Assembly (NCBI GenBank): GCA_965224465.1
Contig: OZ245049.1
Coordinates: 3,450,001 to 3,482,000 of the forward strand
Source: Flavobacteriaceae bacterium
Lineage (GTDB): Bacteria; Bacteroidota; Bacteroidia; Flavobacteriales; Flavobacteriaceae
DNA: 32,000 bases
Reading direction: 5' to 3'
Below, piece after piece: positions 1 through 8,852 of this stretch. The notes under the pieces were generated by a model. It searched no databases, was not told where the DNA came from, and saw only the letters and a list, made by a program, of their open reading frames with translations. The position numbers and the translations under genes are program-made. Within the stretch, counting starts at the first letter, position 1. Every line of letters starts with the position of its first letter.

Positions 1-1665
1 TATCTCTATCCTAGAGAAGGAACACCAAATCCTAATGATTCACAGTTTAGTGGGACAGAAGTATCTAATGTGAGTATAAAATTCATGTATGATTTACAAG
101 ATTATATTGATGCTCAAGAAGGGGGCGTTGGTAAAGGTTGGATGCGTATTGTTAAAAGTCCAGAAGAGGCAAGGAAAGTGATAAAGCAAGGAAAACTAGC
201 AATTATTCTAGGCTTAGAACTCGCTGATTTAATAGATTGTATTGATGGTGCTAAAAATAGACCTAACTGTACAAAAGAATATATTGAAAATAGAATTCAG
301 TTTCATTATGACCAAGGAATAAGAGCTATATTTCCTACGCTACATTACAACAACGATTTTGCAGGAAGTAATAAAGGAGGTTTTGTATATGAATTTGGAC
401 AAGCTATTTTTAATGGAGAATTGGATCACTATGAACTTTGTGAAAAAGAAGGAAAATTTGGAGCTAAAAGACCTGCTTTTGATTTACAAGCCTATAAAGA
501 ATTGTGTGATTTTGGGAAAGGTGTTATAGGAGGGATTGTGAGCGCATTAACACCTATTGATTTGTCTAAAATACCAGAATTACCTGAAATAACAGACGAA
601 CTTCAATATTATTGTAATTCTGTTGGATTAAAACCTAAAGGAAAAATACTTATGAATACCTTAATGAGTAAGGGGATTCTGATAGATATAGATCATGTAA
701 GTAAAAAGGCAGTGAAAGAGATTAAAGAAGTGTTAGATCCGTATGGGTACCCATATATAGTGACTCATAATGATGATGTAGAGGTTGTAGGTGAAGCCGT
801 TTTTTCCAGGGGAGGTTTGCTCGCTCAAATAACTACAAAGCCTTCTGAAAATGGTTCTAAATGTAAGCACCCAACCTCGGAGGATGCTTTTATAAACAAC
901 AAGCTTATTTCGGATGCCTCTTTGAAATATAAAAATATTGAAGCAACGACTTTAAGTACTGACTTTTTTGGTAGTTTGAATGCATTAGGACCTCGGTTTA
1001 ATAATGCGATCAATGAGTGTAAAAAATCACAGGGGAATAAAATACACTATCCTTTTACTTCTTTTGATGGAGGTATTGTTTTTGAGAAACAACAATCAGG
1101 TGATAGAACCTTTGATTTTAATACCGATGGATTTGCGCATTATGGGATGTTGCCAGATTTAATAGAAGATTTTAAAGCATTGGGTAAAACCGATAAGGAG
1201 ATAGAAACATGGTATAGAGGTGCTGAAGCATATTTGAGGACTTGGGAAAATGCAATTTCCGCACAAAAAAGATACAATTCTAAAAATAATACAACAAGTA
1301 TTACTTATGTAAAGCCTGCTGCAGTGAAGGAAACACTTATTGTGCCAGTACCTGAGACGTCAATGGCTACTGAGCCAAAAGAAAAAGTTGCAAGTAATTT
1401 GTTACATCCTTTAGATACAGAGATTGTTCTAAAATTATATCCTACTTTGGTAGACACGTATTTTAATGTTAAATCGGAAGAGCCATATAAGTTAACAGTT
1501 TCTTTGTATAGTGTAAAAGGGAAACGTGTGTATGAACAAACATTTAATCGAGGAGAGGAAATTAATGTAACCAATCTTTCTCATTTAGCTAAAGGTGTAT
1601 ACATTGTTAATATTAGAGATGATAAAGGGGCTTTAAATAGGTCTTATAGAATTATAAAAAAATAA
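1..1665 (+). CDS. Secreted M19 (renal/membrane dipeptidase)-like hydrolase with a T9SS C-terminal sorting domain; 5' end lies outside the window
   Basis: Frame 1 is open from nt 1, so the ATG at 70 is probably internal. Motifs align with M19 dipeptidases: GKLAIILGLE, GIRAIFPTLHYNN, MNTLMSKGILIDIDHVS, YIVTHND, STDFFG, and LPDLIEDF..EIETWYRGAEAYLRTWE. The last ~80 aa (about nt 1420-1662; LKLYPTLVDTYFNV..GVYIVNIRDDKG) look like a type-A Por/T9SS CTD. Confidence 0.7.
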   Translation, partial: YLYPREGTPNPNDSQFSGTEVSNVSIKFMYDLQDYIDAQEGGVGKGWMRIVKSPEEARKVIKQGKLAIILGLELADLIDCIDGAKNRPNCTKEYIENRIQFHYDQGIRAIFPTLHYNNDFAGSNKGGFVYEFGQAIFNGELDHYELCEKEGKFGAKRPAFDLQAYKELCDFGKGVIGGIVSALTPIDLSKIPELPEITDELQYYCNSVGLKPKGKILMNTLMSKGILIDIDHVSKKAVKEIKEVLDPYGYPYIVTHNDDVEVVGEAVFSRGGLLAQITTKPSENGSKCKHPTSEDAFINNKLISDASLKYKNIEATTLSTDFFGSLNALGPRFNNAINECKKSQGNKIHYPFTSFDGGIVFEKQQSGDRTFDFNTDGFAHYGMLPDLIEDFKALGKTDKEIETWYRGAEAYLRTWENAISAQKRYNSKNNTTSITYVKPAAVKETLIVPVPETSMATEPKEKVASNLLHPLDTEIVLKLYPTLVDTYFNVKSEEPYKLTVSLYSVKGKRVYEQTFNRGEEINVTNLSHLAKGVYIVNIRDDKGALNRSYRIIKK

Positions 1666-1710
1666 CAGTATGTTTTGTTAATTCTAGGTGGGTATCAAAG
1701 GATATTAATA

Positions 1711-1811
1711 ATACCCAATACATTTCCACGTGATGGTTTATAATGGAATTATTTTTTGTTTTAGCTTGGCGAAAAACAAACTATTTATATTTATTGTTTT
1801 GTAATAGGTAT
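1711..1811 (+). repeat. Structured intergenic repeat, copy A (medium variant, ~101 bp)
   Basis: Shares the 5' arm ACATTTCCAnGTGnnGGTTTAnAATGGAATTATT and the 3' arm AAACTATTTATAT..TGTAATAGGTAT with copies at 11939, 12277 and 18989. The interior is reduced to the hairpin TTGTTTT-agcttggcg-AAAACAA. Confidence 0.75.
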
Positions 1812-1855
1812 ACGTAGGCTTAAGTGGGGACTTCCTTTTAAAAGTACTCATTTCA

Positions 1856-1902
1856 AATAAAAAAAGCGAGGATAAATGATGTGTCATTTATCCTCGCTTT
1901 TA
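1856..1902. terminator. Bidirectional intrinsic terminator between convergent genes
   Basis: Perfect 15-bp stem AGCGAGGATAAATGA / TCATTTATCCTCGCT (1865-1879 and 1884-1898) with loop TGTG. It is flanked by an A-run upstream and a T-run downstream. Confidence 0.85.
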
Positions 1903-1967
1903 ATCCTTTATTGAGGGTTTAATTCCTCGAGGCTGTTGATGTATTTCTTTTGACTCAGTCCTTTGAG

Positions 1968-2708
1968 TTATTTCCAATATTCCGCTACCCAAGGAGCAGG
2001 GCGTACATAGCGATACCATTTTCCACGTCCACCTTTTACGGCTTTGTGAGGATTGATTTCACCATGGAATATGATTATTTTAGAACCTTCAGGGATGCTT
2101 GGTTTTTTCCAAAATGCCAATGGGAATCTAGAGACGCAATCGTATTTATAACTAGGACACCATTCTTTTGGCCAATATTTTAAATCTCCATGATCGTTGA
2201 TGGCATGTGTTAAATATTCTTGTTCGTTGCGATGAATTTTACTTATTTCATCAAATTTACCTAAGAAATCGTCAAAAACATAGCCGTGTTTTCCAATGTC
2301 AAATCTGTAAACAGAAGAATTCCCAGTGATTCTCCAGGTTCTCCAACTGTGATCTTTTATAATTCTAAATGCGCCTTCGACTTCAAAGAAACAGTCTATA
2401 TTGTCAACAATTACAATGTCTAAATCCAAAAACAATGCCTGTCCTTCTAGTCCGTACAAGTCGGTTTTTAAAGTGGTTAGTTTTTTCCACATACGTTCAG
2501 GGATGTCTGTTCGTAAGCCCATTTCTGGGATTGGATGGCAGGTAACTTCTTCTCTTATTCCAGTTTCATCATCTGTAAAGCAAATCATTTTAAAATCGTA
2601 ACTCAGATTACGTTTTACCATGCTGTACAATCGGTTTACATATTCAGGGCCATATAAGGTACCCCATTTCATGCAAAATATATGTTTATTTGTATTTGAA
2701 CTGCTCAT
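1968..2708 (-). CDS. Hypothetical protein, possibly a GT-A fold (DxD) glycosyltransferase-like enzyme
   Basis: 246-aa ORF with an ATG start. A hydrophobic strand followed by LDLDIVIV resembles the DxD motif of nucleotide-sugar transferases. The N-terminus is KWGTLYGPEYVNRLYSMV. No signal peptide. The family assignment is tentative. Confidence 0.6.
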   Translation of the reverse strand: MSSSNTNKHIFCMKWGTLYGPEYVNRLYSMVKRNLSYDFKMICFTDDETGIREEVTCHPIPEMGLRTDIPERMWKKLTTLKTDLYGLEGQALFLDLDIVIVDNIDCFFEVEGAFRIIKDHSWRTWRITGNSSVYRFDIGKHGYVFDDFLGKFDEISKIHRNEQEYLTHAINDHGDLKYWPKEWCPSYKYDCVSRFPLAFWKKPSIPEGSKIIIFHGEINPHKAVKGGRGKWYRYVRPAPWVAEYWK

Positions 2709-2725
2709 TGTGTTGTGTTAACTTA

Positions 2726-3544
2726 TTATGAAAATTTACGTTCTATTATTTCTAACAATCGGGCTTCTATGTCTTCTTGGTCACTCCAGTTATAGTCTGG
2801 TTTTATCATTTTAATAATAAAATTTACGGACTCTTCTTTATTGGTAAAAGTATTTAATTGTGACAGTACTCTATTAAAGTCTGTAAGGTTTCCTTTGAAT
2901 AGGTATTTGACAAAGGCAATCCTGTCATTCAATCCAATTTGAATTCCTTGATGTACACTGTTTTGGTTCAGTGTCTTTTTTACTGGAGGCGAACTAGGCG
3001 CTGCCAATTCGCTTTTTAGAACTCTTTTGTCTGCTTTTTCGAAAATTTCTTGAGCCATGTCTGCGGAAACGGCATCTTTAAATTCAGTTTCTAGAGAGTA
3101 TTTTAATTCGGTGGCTTTTTGTATGTCCTTTGCTGCTTTAATTGCAGCTTCTATACCGCTTGTTGGTTGCGGTGTTCTTATAGCTGCTTTTGGGCTAATT
3201 TCTTCCTGTATTTTTACGGGTGTTTTTTCCTGTATAGTTATTGGTTCTTCTTTTATAACAGTATTTTCTGCTTCCAAAGGAGCTTTTTCTATCGTTTTTT
3301 CTTTTGGAATGCTTAAAACTGGAGTTGGATTAGGAGCAGTGGGGGTTTCTTTAATAACTTCCTTTATCGCTTTTTGGGGTGCAGAAATTGTAGTATTCAT
3401 GTTTTTTTCGACAAATTTTAATACGGATAGTTTTTCGTATAATTTTCTCGATCTTTTGTGAAGTGACGCAATATCAGCATCCTCAGGCATAGATAAAATA
3501 CTATTCGCAAGACTGATCAATTCAGAGGTCAATTTTTTGTGCAT
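2726..3544 (-). CDS. Hypothetical protein with a central P/E/K/T/I-rich low-complexity linker
   Basis: 272-aa ORF lying 17 nt upstream of the 1968-2708 gene, so probably co-transcribed with it. It has a helical N-terminus, a low-complexity middle (IKE/PxK-rich) and a structured C-terminal ~90 aa. I recognise no family. Confidence 0.65.
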   Translation of the reverse strand: MHKKLTSELISLANSILSMPEDADIASLHKRSRKLYEKLSVLKFVEKNMNTTISAPQKAIKEVIKETPTAPNPTPVLSIPKEKTIEKAPLEAENTVIKEEPITIQEKTPVKIQEEISPKAAIRTPQPTSGIEAAIKAAKDIQKATELKYSLETEFKDAVSADMAQEIFEKADKRVLKSELAAPSSPPVKKTLNQNSVHQGIQIGLNDRIAFVKYLFKGNLTDFNRVLSQLNTFTNKEESVNFIIKMIKPDYNWSDQEDIEARLLEIIERKFS

Positions 3545-3584
3545 AAGTTGGAATATTATTTAAATTAGGGTGATGATTTTTTAA

Positions 3585-3592
3585 TACATTTG
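3585..3592 (+). promoter_or_regulatory. Bacteroidota -7 promoter box (TACATTTG) for tdk-alr
   Basis: Exact match to the TAnnTTTG consensus, 57 nt upstream of the tdk ATG. Confidence 0.5.
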
Positions 3593-3600
3593 TAAAAGTA

Positions 3601-3608
3601 CAAAAATA
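3601..3608 (-). promoter_or_regulatory. Bacteroidota -7 promoter box (TATTTTTG on the minus strand) for the 3544-1968 gene pair
   Basis: Plus-strand CAAAAATA reads as TATTTTTG on the minus strand. It lies 57 nt upstream of the minus-strand ATG at 3544 and is divergent from the tdk promoter. Confidence 0.45.
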
Positions 3609-3648
3609 CAAAAAAGAGTACACTAACTTTTAAGCGTGAAATTACAAA

Positions 3649-4254
3649 ATGTTTCTTGAAAATACAGTAAATCATACAGAACAATTTGGGTGGATAGAGG
3701 TCGTTTGTGGATCGATGTTCTCTGGGAAGACCGAAGAATTAATACGAAGACTCAAAAGAGCCCAGTTTGCAAAGCAAAAAGTGGAGATTTTTAAGCCTTC
3801 GGTTGATATAAGATACGACTCGGATGACGTGGTGTCTCACGATCGTAATAAAATTAGATCTACGCCTGTGCCAGCAGCGGCAAATATTAGGTTACTTGCC
3901 AATGATGTTCAAGTGGTAGGGATAGACGAAGCACAGTTTTTTGATGATGAAATTGTTGCTGTATGTAACGATTTAGCAAACAGAGGTATCCGTGTGATTG
4001 TTGCTGGATTGGATATGGATTTTAAAGGGAATCCGTTTGGACCTATGCCTGCTTTAATGGCTACAGCAGAATATGTTACCAAAGTACATGCTGTATGTAC
4101 AAGAACTGGGAATTTGGCGCATTTTAGTCATCGAAAAACGGACAATGATGATTTGGTCTTCCTAGGGGAGGTTCAGGAGTATGAACCGTTGAGTAGAGCG
4201 GCATATTTCAAAGTTACGGAAGCAGAAAAAGAAGCTAGAAAAAATGCAAAATAA
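3649..4254 (+). CDS. tdk: Thymidine kinase
   Basis: P-loop [11 protein letters not shown], the [10 protein letters not shown] motif, ~200 aa length and a C-terminal Cys/His lasso region, all typical of type II TK. Confidence 0.95.
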   Translation: MFLENTVNHTEQFGWIEVVCGSMFSGKTEELIRRLKRAQFAKQKVEIFKPSVDIRYDSDDVVSHDRNKIRSTPVPAAANIRLLANDVQVVGIDEAQFFDDEIVAVCNDLANRGIRVIVAGLDMDFKGNPFGPMPALMATAEYVTKVHAVCTRTGNLAHFSHRKTDNDDLVFLGEVQEYEPLSRAAYFKVTEAEKEARKNAK

Positions 4255-5350
4255 CCATGTAACTATTTTAGAAATTGATGCAAGTGCGATGGCATTTAAT
4301 CTTCAGTTTTTTAAGTCAAAGCTAAAAGCGAGTACCAAAGTATTGGTGGTTGTAAAAGCCTTTGGTTACGGAACTGATGCCATAAAGATTGCTTCTTTTT
4401 TAAGTGATAAAGTCGATTACTTTGGTGTTGCTTATGTAGATGAAGGGATACGTCTTAGAAATGCAGGGATTAAAACGCCTATTTTGGTCTTACATCCTCA
4501 AATTCAGAACTTCGAATTATTAGTAGACTATAATTTGGAGCCTAATTTGTATAGCGTTAATACGTTGATAGCATTTCATAAGGTATTAGAAAAACACCAT
4601 AAATCCAAGTATCCCGTTCATATAAAAATAAACTCTGGATTAAACCGCTTAGGTTTTAAAGCGTCCGATGTTCCTGTATTAATAGCGGAACTAAAAAAAC
4701 ACAATCGCTTTTATATTGCGTCTTTGTTTTCTCATATTGCGGCGAGTGAAGATTTAAATGAGCGTGCATTTACCTTGCAGCAGATAGCTGTATTCAATAC
4801 AATTTCGTCTCGGTTAATGAAGGCATTAAACAACTGTCCTGCAAAACATATATTGAATACTTCAGGCATTGTAAATTATGCGAAAGAAGCCCAGTTTGAT
4901 ATGGTTCGCTTTGGGATTGGACTGTATGGTTTTGGGAATGATGTTGCTGTGACTGCTCAATTGCAAAATGCACTAAGGTTAAAATCAATAATTTCCCAAA
5001 TTCAAGTGATAGAAAAAGGAGAAAGTATTGGTTACAATCGTGGCTTAATTAGCTGTAAAAAAATGCGTATTGCCACCATTCCAATTGGACATGCGGATGG
5101 TATTGGGAGAACCTTAGGAAACGGAGGTACTTATGTTACCATTCATCAGCAAAAAGCGCCCATTGTTGGCAATGTTTGTATGGATATAATTATGGTTGAT
5201 GTTACTGATTTGGACTGTGCTGAAGGTGATACAGTTATTATTTTTGACAGTCAAGAAAAGCTAGAGGCAATGGCAAAAACATCACATACGATTTCTTATG
5301 AAATGTTGACCGCTATCTCACAACGTATAAAAAGAGTTCTTACTCTTTAA
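4244..5350 (+). CDS. alr: Alanine racemase
   Basis: The PLP-lysine motif [15 protein letters not shown], the C-terminal beta-domain motif NVCMD, and 368 aa length. The ATG overlaps the end of tdk by 11 nt. Confidence 0.92.
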   Translation: MQNNHVTILEIDASAMAFNLQFFKSKLKASTKVLVVVKAFGYGTDAIKIASFLSDKVDYFGVAYVDEGIRLRNAGIKTPILVLHPQIQNFELLVDYNLEPNLYSVNTLIAFHKVLEKHHKSKYPVHIKINSGLNRLGFKASDVPVLIAELKKHNRFYIASLFSHIAASEDLNERAFTLQQIAVFNTISSRLMKALNNCPAKHILNTSGIVNYAKEAQFDMVRFGIGLYGFGNDVAVTAQLQNALRLKSIISQIQVIEKGESIGYNRGLISCKKMRIATIPIGHADGIGRTLGNGGTYVTIHQQKAPIVGNVCMDIIMVDVTDLDCAEGDTVIIFDSQEKLEAMAKTSHTISYEMLTAISQRIKRVLTL

Positions 5351-5366
5351 TTGCGATAATTTTGGC

Positions 5367-5374
5367 TACTTTTG
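5367..5374 (+). promoter_or_regulatory. -7 promoter box TACTTTTG upstream of mscL
   Basis: Exact TAnnTTTG match, 28 nt upstream of the ATG. The extended form TACTTTTGCG recurs at 14694, 23433 and 24335. Confidence 0.5.
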
Positions 5375-5401
5375 CGTTTAATCAACTAAAACGAAATACA
5401 A

Positions 5402-5812
5402 ATGGGAATGCTCAAAGAATTTAAGGAATTTGCTATGAAAGGCAATTTGGTAGATATCGCTGTTGGATTTGTAATGGGGGCTGCTTTTAAAGAAGTGGTT
5501 ACTGCTTTTACAGGAGGGATTGTTTCACCAATTATAGGAATGCTCTTCAATACTAATTTCAAAGATTTGAAATATATTATGAAAGAAGGTGTTGCTGATA
5601 CAGCGGGTAAAATCACAGGGGAAGTAGCTCTTCTTTATGGTGAATTTTTAACCAATGTAATCGATTTTATTATTGTGGCATTTGTAATGTTTATGGTTGT
5701 GAAAGCGGTAAATAAATTAAAAAAGAAAGAAGAAAAGGCACCAGAAAAACCAGCAGGTCCATCTCAAGAAGATTTATTGGCTGAGATAAGAGATTTATTA
5801 GCTAAGAAATAA
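5402..5812 (+). CDS. mscL: Large-conductance mechanosensitive channel
   Basis: N-terminal LKEFKEFAMKGNLVDIAVGFVMGAAF signature, two TM helices, 136 aa. Confidence 0.95.
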   Translation: MGMLKEFKEFAMKGNLVDIAVGFVMGAAFKEVVTAFTGGIVSPIIGMLFNTNFKDLKYIMKEGVADTAGKITGEVALLYGEFLTNVIDFIIVAFVMFMVVKAVNKLKKKEEKAPEKPAGPSQEDLLAEIRDLLAKK

Positions 5813-5830
5813 TCTTTTTAATACAATTTA

Positions 5831-5866
5831 AAAAAGTCCATTGATTTATTCGATGGACTTTTTTTT
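5831..5866. terminator. Bidirectional intrinsic terminator shared by convergent mscL and the MOSC gene
   Basis: Stem GTCCAT / ATGGAC (5836-5841 and 5853-5858) is flanked by A5 upstream and T8 downstream. It overlaps the last codons of the minus-strand MOSC CDS. Confidence 0.7.
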
Positions 5867-6406
5867 GCGCTTTTCTGTATATATTTCTGCGATGGTTTTG
5901 CTGTTTTTACTGGATTCTGTCAGTTTTAAAACAGCTCCTTTTTCAACACTTCCTTCTTTTATTATTTTAAAATAGATTCCGCATTTAGGAACATTCCAAA
6001 ATTGTTTAAGTACTTTTTGTGTGCCAAATACAATTCCTAATTTCATACAAGGTTGCCTAGGTTTTGTCGCCTGAATCACCGCAGTTCCTAATTCGAAAAT
6101 GTCACCTACATAAATGTTGTTTTCATCTAGATTAGAAATGGTTAAGTTTTCTCCAAAAAATCCGTGTTGCATGGTAACTGTTGGGTATAATTCTTGCCAG
6201 TAATTATAATGTTGTGCGCCATAGGCGTATACGGCTTTATCTATACCTCCATGGTAGCGACGATCTATTACTACATCGTCTTGCACGTCTTCAAGTCCTA
6301 AAATAAGGGGGACGTTTGTGTCTTTTTTTACAATGCCTGTACTTATTTCTTTACCTTTCCATAGAAGGCTTGTTTTTTTTCCTATGTTGGTGGATATAAC
6401 CTTCAT
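5846..6406 (-). CDS. MOSC domain-containing protein (YiiM-like)
   Basis: Motifs YHGGIDKAVYAY and KPRQPCMKL (conserved Cys) fit the MOSC beta-barrel family. I place the start at the ATG at 6406-6404 rather than the TTG at 6412. That ATG overlaps the GH3 stop codon as TAATG. Confidence 0.85.
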   Translation of the reverse strand: MKVISTNIGKKTSLLWKGKEISTGIVKKDTNVPLILGLEDVQDDVVIDRRYHGGIDKAVYAYGAQHYNYWQELYPTVTMQHGFFGENLTISNLDENNIYVGDIFELGTAVIQATKPRQPCMKLGIVFGTQKVLKQFWNVPKCGIYFKIIKEGSVEKGAVLKLTESSKNSKTIAEIYTEKRKKKSIE

Positions 6407-7899
6407 TAACAACTGAATTTTGTCAATTCATCCGCTATTTTTCGATCATTGGAAAGCCTAGGTACTTTGTTTTGTCCACCTAGTTTACCAATGGATTTCA
6501 TATAGGCATTAAAGCCTCCTTTTTGAATGGGAGTAATTTTTAATGTTTGGAGTATTTTACCTTCCAGTAAATCCAGATAGTACACGTTCTGTTCTTGCAT
6601 AAACACGTCCAATGTATTGGAGAATTGAAGAAGATTTTTAGGGATTTCGTCAAATTCTATAAACCATTCGTGGTATGGCAAGCCTTCTTTTGTTGCTATT
6701 TGTGGGCTTACTGTAAATTCATTTATCTTGATGCTAGTTTCGGAAATAGCATTATTTAAGGCGTACTCTACTTCTTTTCCTATGACATGTTCTCCAAAAG
6801 CAGAAATAAAATGCTTGATACGTCCAGTAACGATAATTCTGTGTGGGTTTAAAGATACAAATGCTACTGTATCTCCAATGTTATAACCCCATAATCCCGC
6901 ATTTGTGTTTAGTATTATTACGTAATTTACATTCAGTTCTACATCGTCAATGCAAATTCTATGAGGGTTTTCGTCAAAAAATTCATCGGCCTTTATAAAT
7001 TCATAAAAAATACCGCCATCTAATAGCAAGAGCATTCCTTTTTCTGTTTGGGAATCCTGACTTGCAATAAATCCTTCTGAAGCAGGGTATAATTCAATGG
7101 TGGCTACTTTTCGACCGATTAAATCTTCAAATTTATTACGATACGGCTCGTAGTTAACGCCTCCGTACACAAATAAATTAAAGTTAGGGAATAGGTCTCC
7201 TACTTTTTTCCCTGTCACTTCTATCAGTTTTTCAAAATACATCTGCACCCAAGATGGTATTCCACCGATAACGGTCATGTCTTCATTTTTTGTTTCTTCT
7301 ACCAGTGCTGCTATTTTTGTTTCCCAATCTTCAATACAATTGGTCTCGTAGCTCGGTAATCTGTTTTTTAGTAAGTAGGAAGGTACATAATGTGCGGAAA
7401 TACCAGACAATCTACCTATTTGAATGCCGTTTTTCTCATTCATTTCTGGACTTCCTTGTACAAAAATCATTTTACCATTTACCCAACTAGCATCCCCCGT
7501 TTCTTCTATATAATGTAGCATGGCATTTTTGGCTCCATCTATTTGCATGGGCATAGATTCCTTGGTTAAAGGAATGTATTTTACACCAGATGTGGTTCCA
7601 GATGTCTTGGCAAAGTACAGGGGTTTCTTTTTCCATAAAACATCAGGTTCTCCTGCTACTACTCGGTCTATGTAAGGACGTAAGCCTTCATAATCCACAA
7701 TTGGTACGTGCCGTTTAAAATCTGCGTATGTTTTTATGTCCTTAAAATTATGATCTTTTCCAAAGGCCGTGTTTTTGGCTTCTTTTAAGAGGTTTAAAAA
7801 CACTTTCCTTTGTGTTTTCTCGGGCTGTAATGCCCATTTTAAGGTTTTTTTCGATACTTGTTTTGCAAAGGATTTAGCTAGAAATGATTTAATCTTCAT
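6406..7899 (-). CDS. GH3 (auxin-responsive promoter) family adenylating enzyme homologue
   Basis: 497 aa with FAKTSGTTSGVKYIP (an ANL/GH3 AMP-binding-type motif). The overall layout matches the GH3 family proteins common in Bacteroidota. Confidence 0.85.
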   Translation of the reverse strand: MKIKSFLAKSFAKQVSKKTLKWALQPEKTQRKVFLNLLKEAKNTAFGKDHNFKDIKTYADFKRHVPIVDYEGLRPYIDRVVAGEPDVLWKKKPLYFAKTSGTTSGVKYIPLTKESMPMQIDGAKNAMLHYIEETGDASWVNGKMIFVQGSPEMNEKNGIQIGRLSGISAHYVPSYLLKNRLPSYETNCIEDWETKIAALVEETKNEDMTVIGGIPSWVQMYFEKLIEVTGKKVGDLFPNFNLFVYGGVNYEPYRNKFEDLIGRKVATIELYPASEGFIASQDSQTEKGMLLLLDGGIFYEFIKADEFFDENPHRICIDDVELNVNYVIILNTNAGLWGYNIGDTVAFVSLNPHRIIVTGRIKHFISAFGEHVIGKEVEYALNNAISETSIKINEFTVSPQIATKEGLPYHEWFIEFDEIPKNLLQFSNTLDVFMQEQNVYYLDLLEGKILQTLKITPIQKGGFNAYMKSIGKLGGQNKVPRLSNDRKIADELTKFSC

Positions 7900-8768
7900 T
7901 ATTCAAAATCAATAAATTTAGTAGGGTCTACAGGATAGCCCTCGTTCCATAATTCAAAATGTAAATGTGGGCCTGTACTTAGTTCTCCCGTATTACCAGC
8001 AGAAGCAATTACTTCTCCAGAAACCACCAATTCACCCTGTTTTTTGTGAATAGAGGCATTGTGTTTGTACACAGAAATAAATCCGCTAGCATGTTGTATA
8101 ATTACTACATTTCCTGTTTCTGCTGTCCATTCTGCAAAGATAATCATTCCGTCGGCAACAGCTTTAATAGGCGTGCCTTTGTTGATGGCGATGTCTACAG
8201 CGTAATGTCTTGCGGTTACACTATATTTTTCGGTAATGACTCCTGTAACTGGAGCAAAAAATACTATTTCAGGGTTTTGTTGTGCTTGTTCAAAAATATT
8301 GAAGCGTTCTTTTTGTTCAATTTCCAATCGGAATAGCGAGTCTGCTTTTGATGGACTGATATTGATTGTGTCTTTATTGATCTTAAGCGATTGTAATACC
8401 GAATCTTTATTGAAATGAACTTCTTTGATCTTTCCCGTTAAGATTTCTTTTACAGATTTAATGTAAATACCATTGACTAATAATTCTTGTTGTAGAGAAT
8501 CTACTTTGTAAACAAGGGAACTTGCCTTTCGTTTTAATTTGGTAGATGAATATCCAGGAATGTATTCTTTTAAAGGCGTAAATGCGATAAAGAAAATAGT
8601 TCCTACAATTAATAATATTGAAAAGACTCCACTTAGAATAAATACATTTAAGCGAGTTAGTTTAAACGATATCTTTTCTTCAAAAGTATCTTCGTTTAAA
8701 ATAACCAGTCGGTACTTATGGGTGAGTTTTTTGCGAAAATCTCCGCCCTTTGTCTTGTTTTTTGCCAT
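7899..8768 (-). CDS. M23 family metallopeptidase (membrane-anchored)
   Basis: N-terminal TM helix, then the C-terminal LytM motifs HYAVDIA, GNTGELSTGPHLHFELW. Its stop overlaps the GH3 ATG as TAATG. Confidence 0.9.
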   Translation of the reverse strand: MAKNKTKGGDFRKKLTHKYRLVILNEDTFEEKISFKLTRLNVFILSGVFSILLIVGTIFFIAFTPLKEYIPGYSSTKLKRKASSLVYKVDSLQQELLVNGIYIKSVKEILTGKIKEVHFNKDSVLQSLKINKDTINISPSKADSLFRLEIEQKERFNIFEQAQQNPEIVFFAPVTGVITEKYSVTARHYAVDIAINKGTPIKAVADGMIIFAEWTAETGNVVIIQHASGFISVYKHNASIHKKQGELVVSGEVIASAGNTGELSTGPHLHFELWNEGYPVDPTKFIDFE

Positions 8769-8782
8769 AATTTAGAGTATAA

Positions 8783-8790
8783 CAAATATA
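8783..8790 (-). promoter_or_regulatory. -7 promoter box (TATATTTG on the minus strand) for M23-GH3-MOSC
   Basis: Plus-strand CAAATATA is an exact TAnnTTTG on the minus strand. It lies 15 nt upstream of the M23 ATG, inside the 84-nt gap after nadD. Confidence 0.45.
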
Positions 8791-8852
8791 CGAGGATTTT
8801 ATTAGTAATTAACATAACGCAAGTAGTATGGACTGTTAATTTACTGATAAAA

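Noticed and set aside
3057-3461. Plus-strand ORFs (134 aa and 65 aa) antisense to the 2726-3544 gene.
   Set aside because: They lie entirely within the low-complexity part of the minus-strand gene. Their translations are F/S/C/I-rich shadows of a K/E/P/T-rich frame. They have no promoter box and no recognisable motifs.
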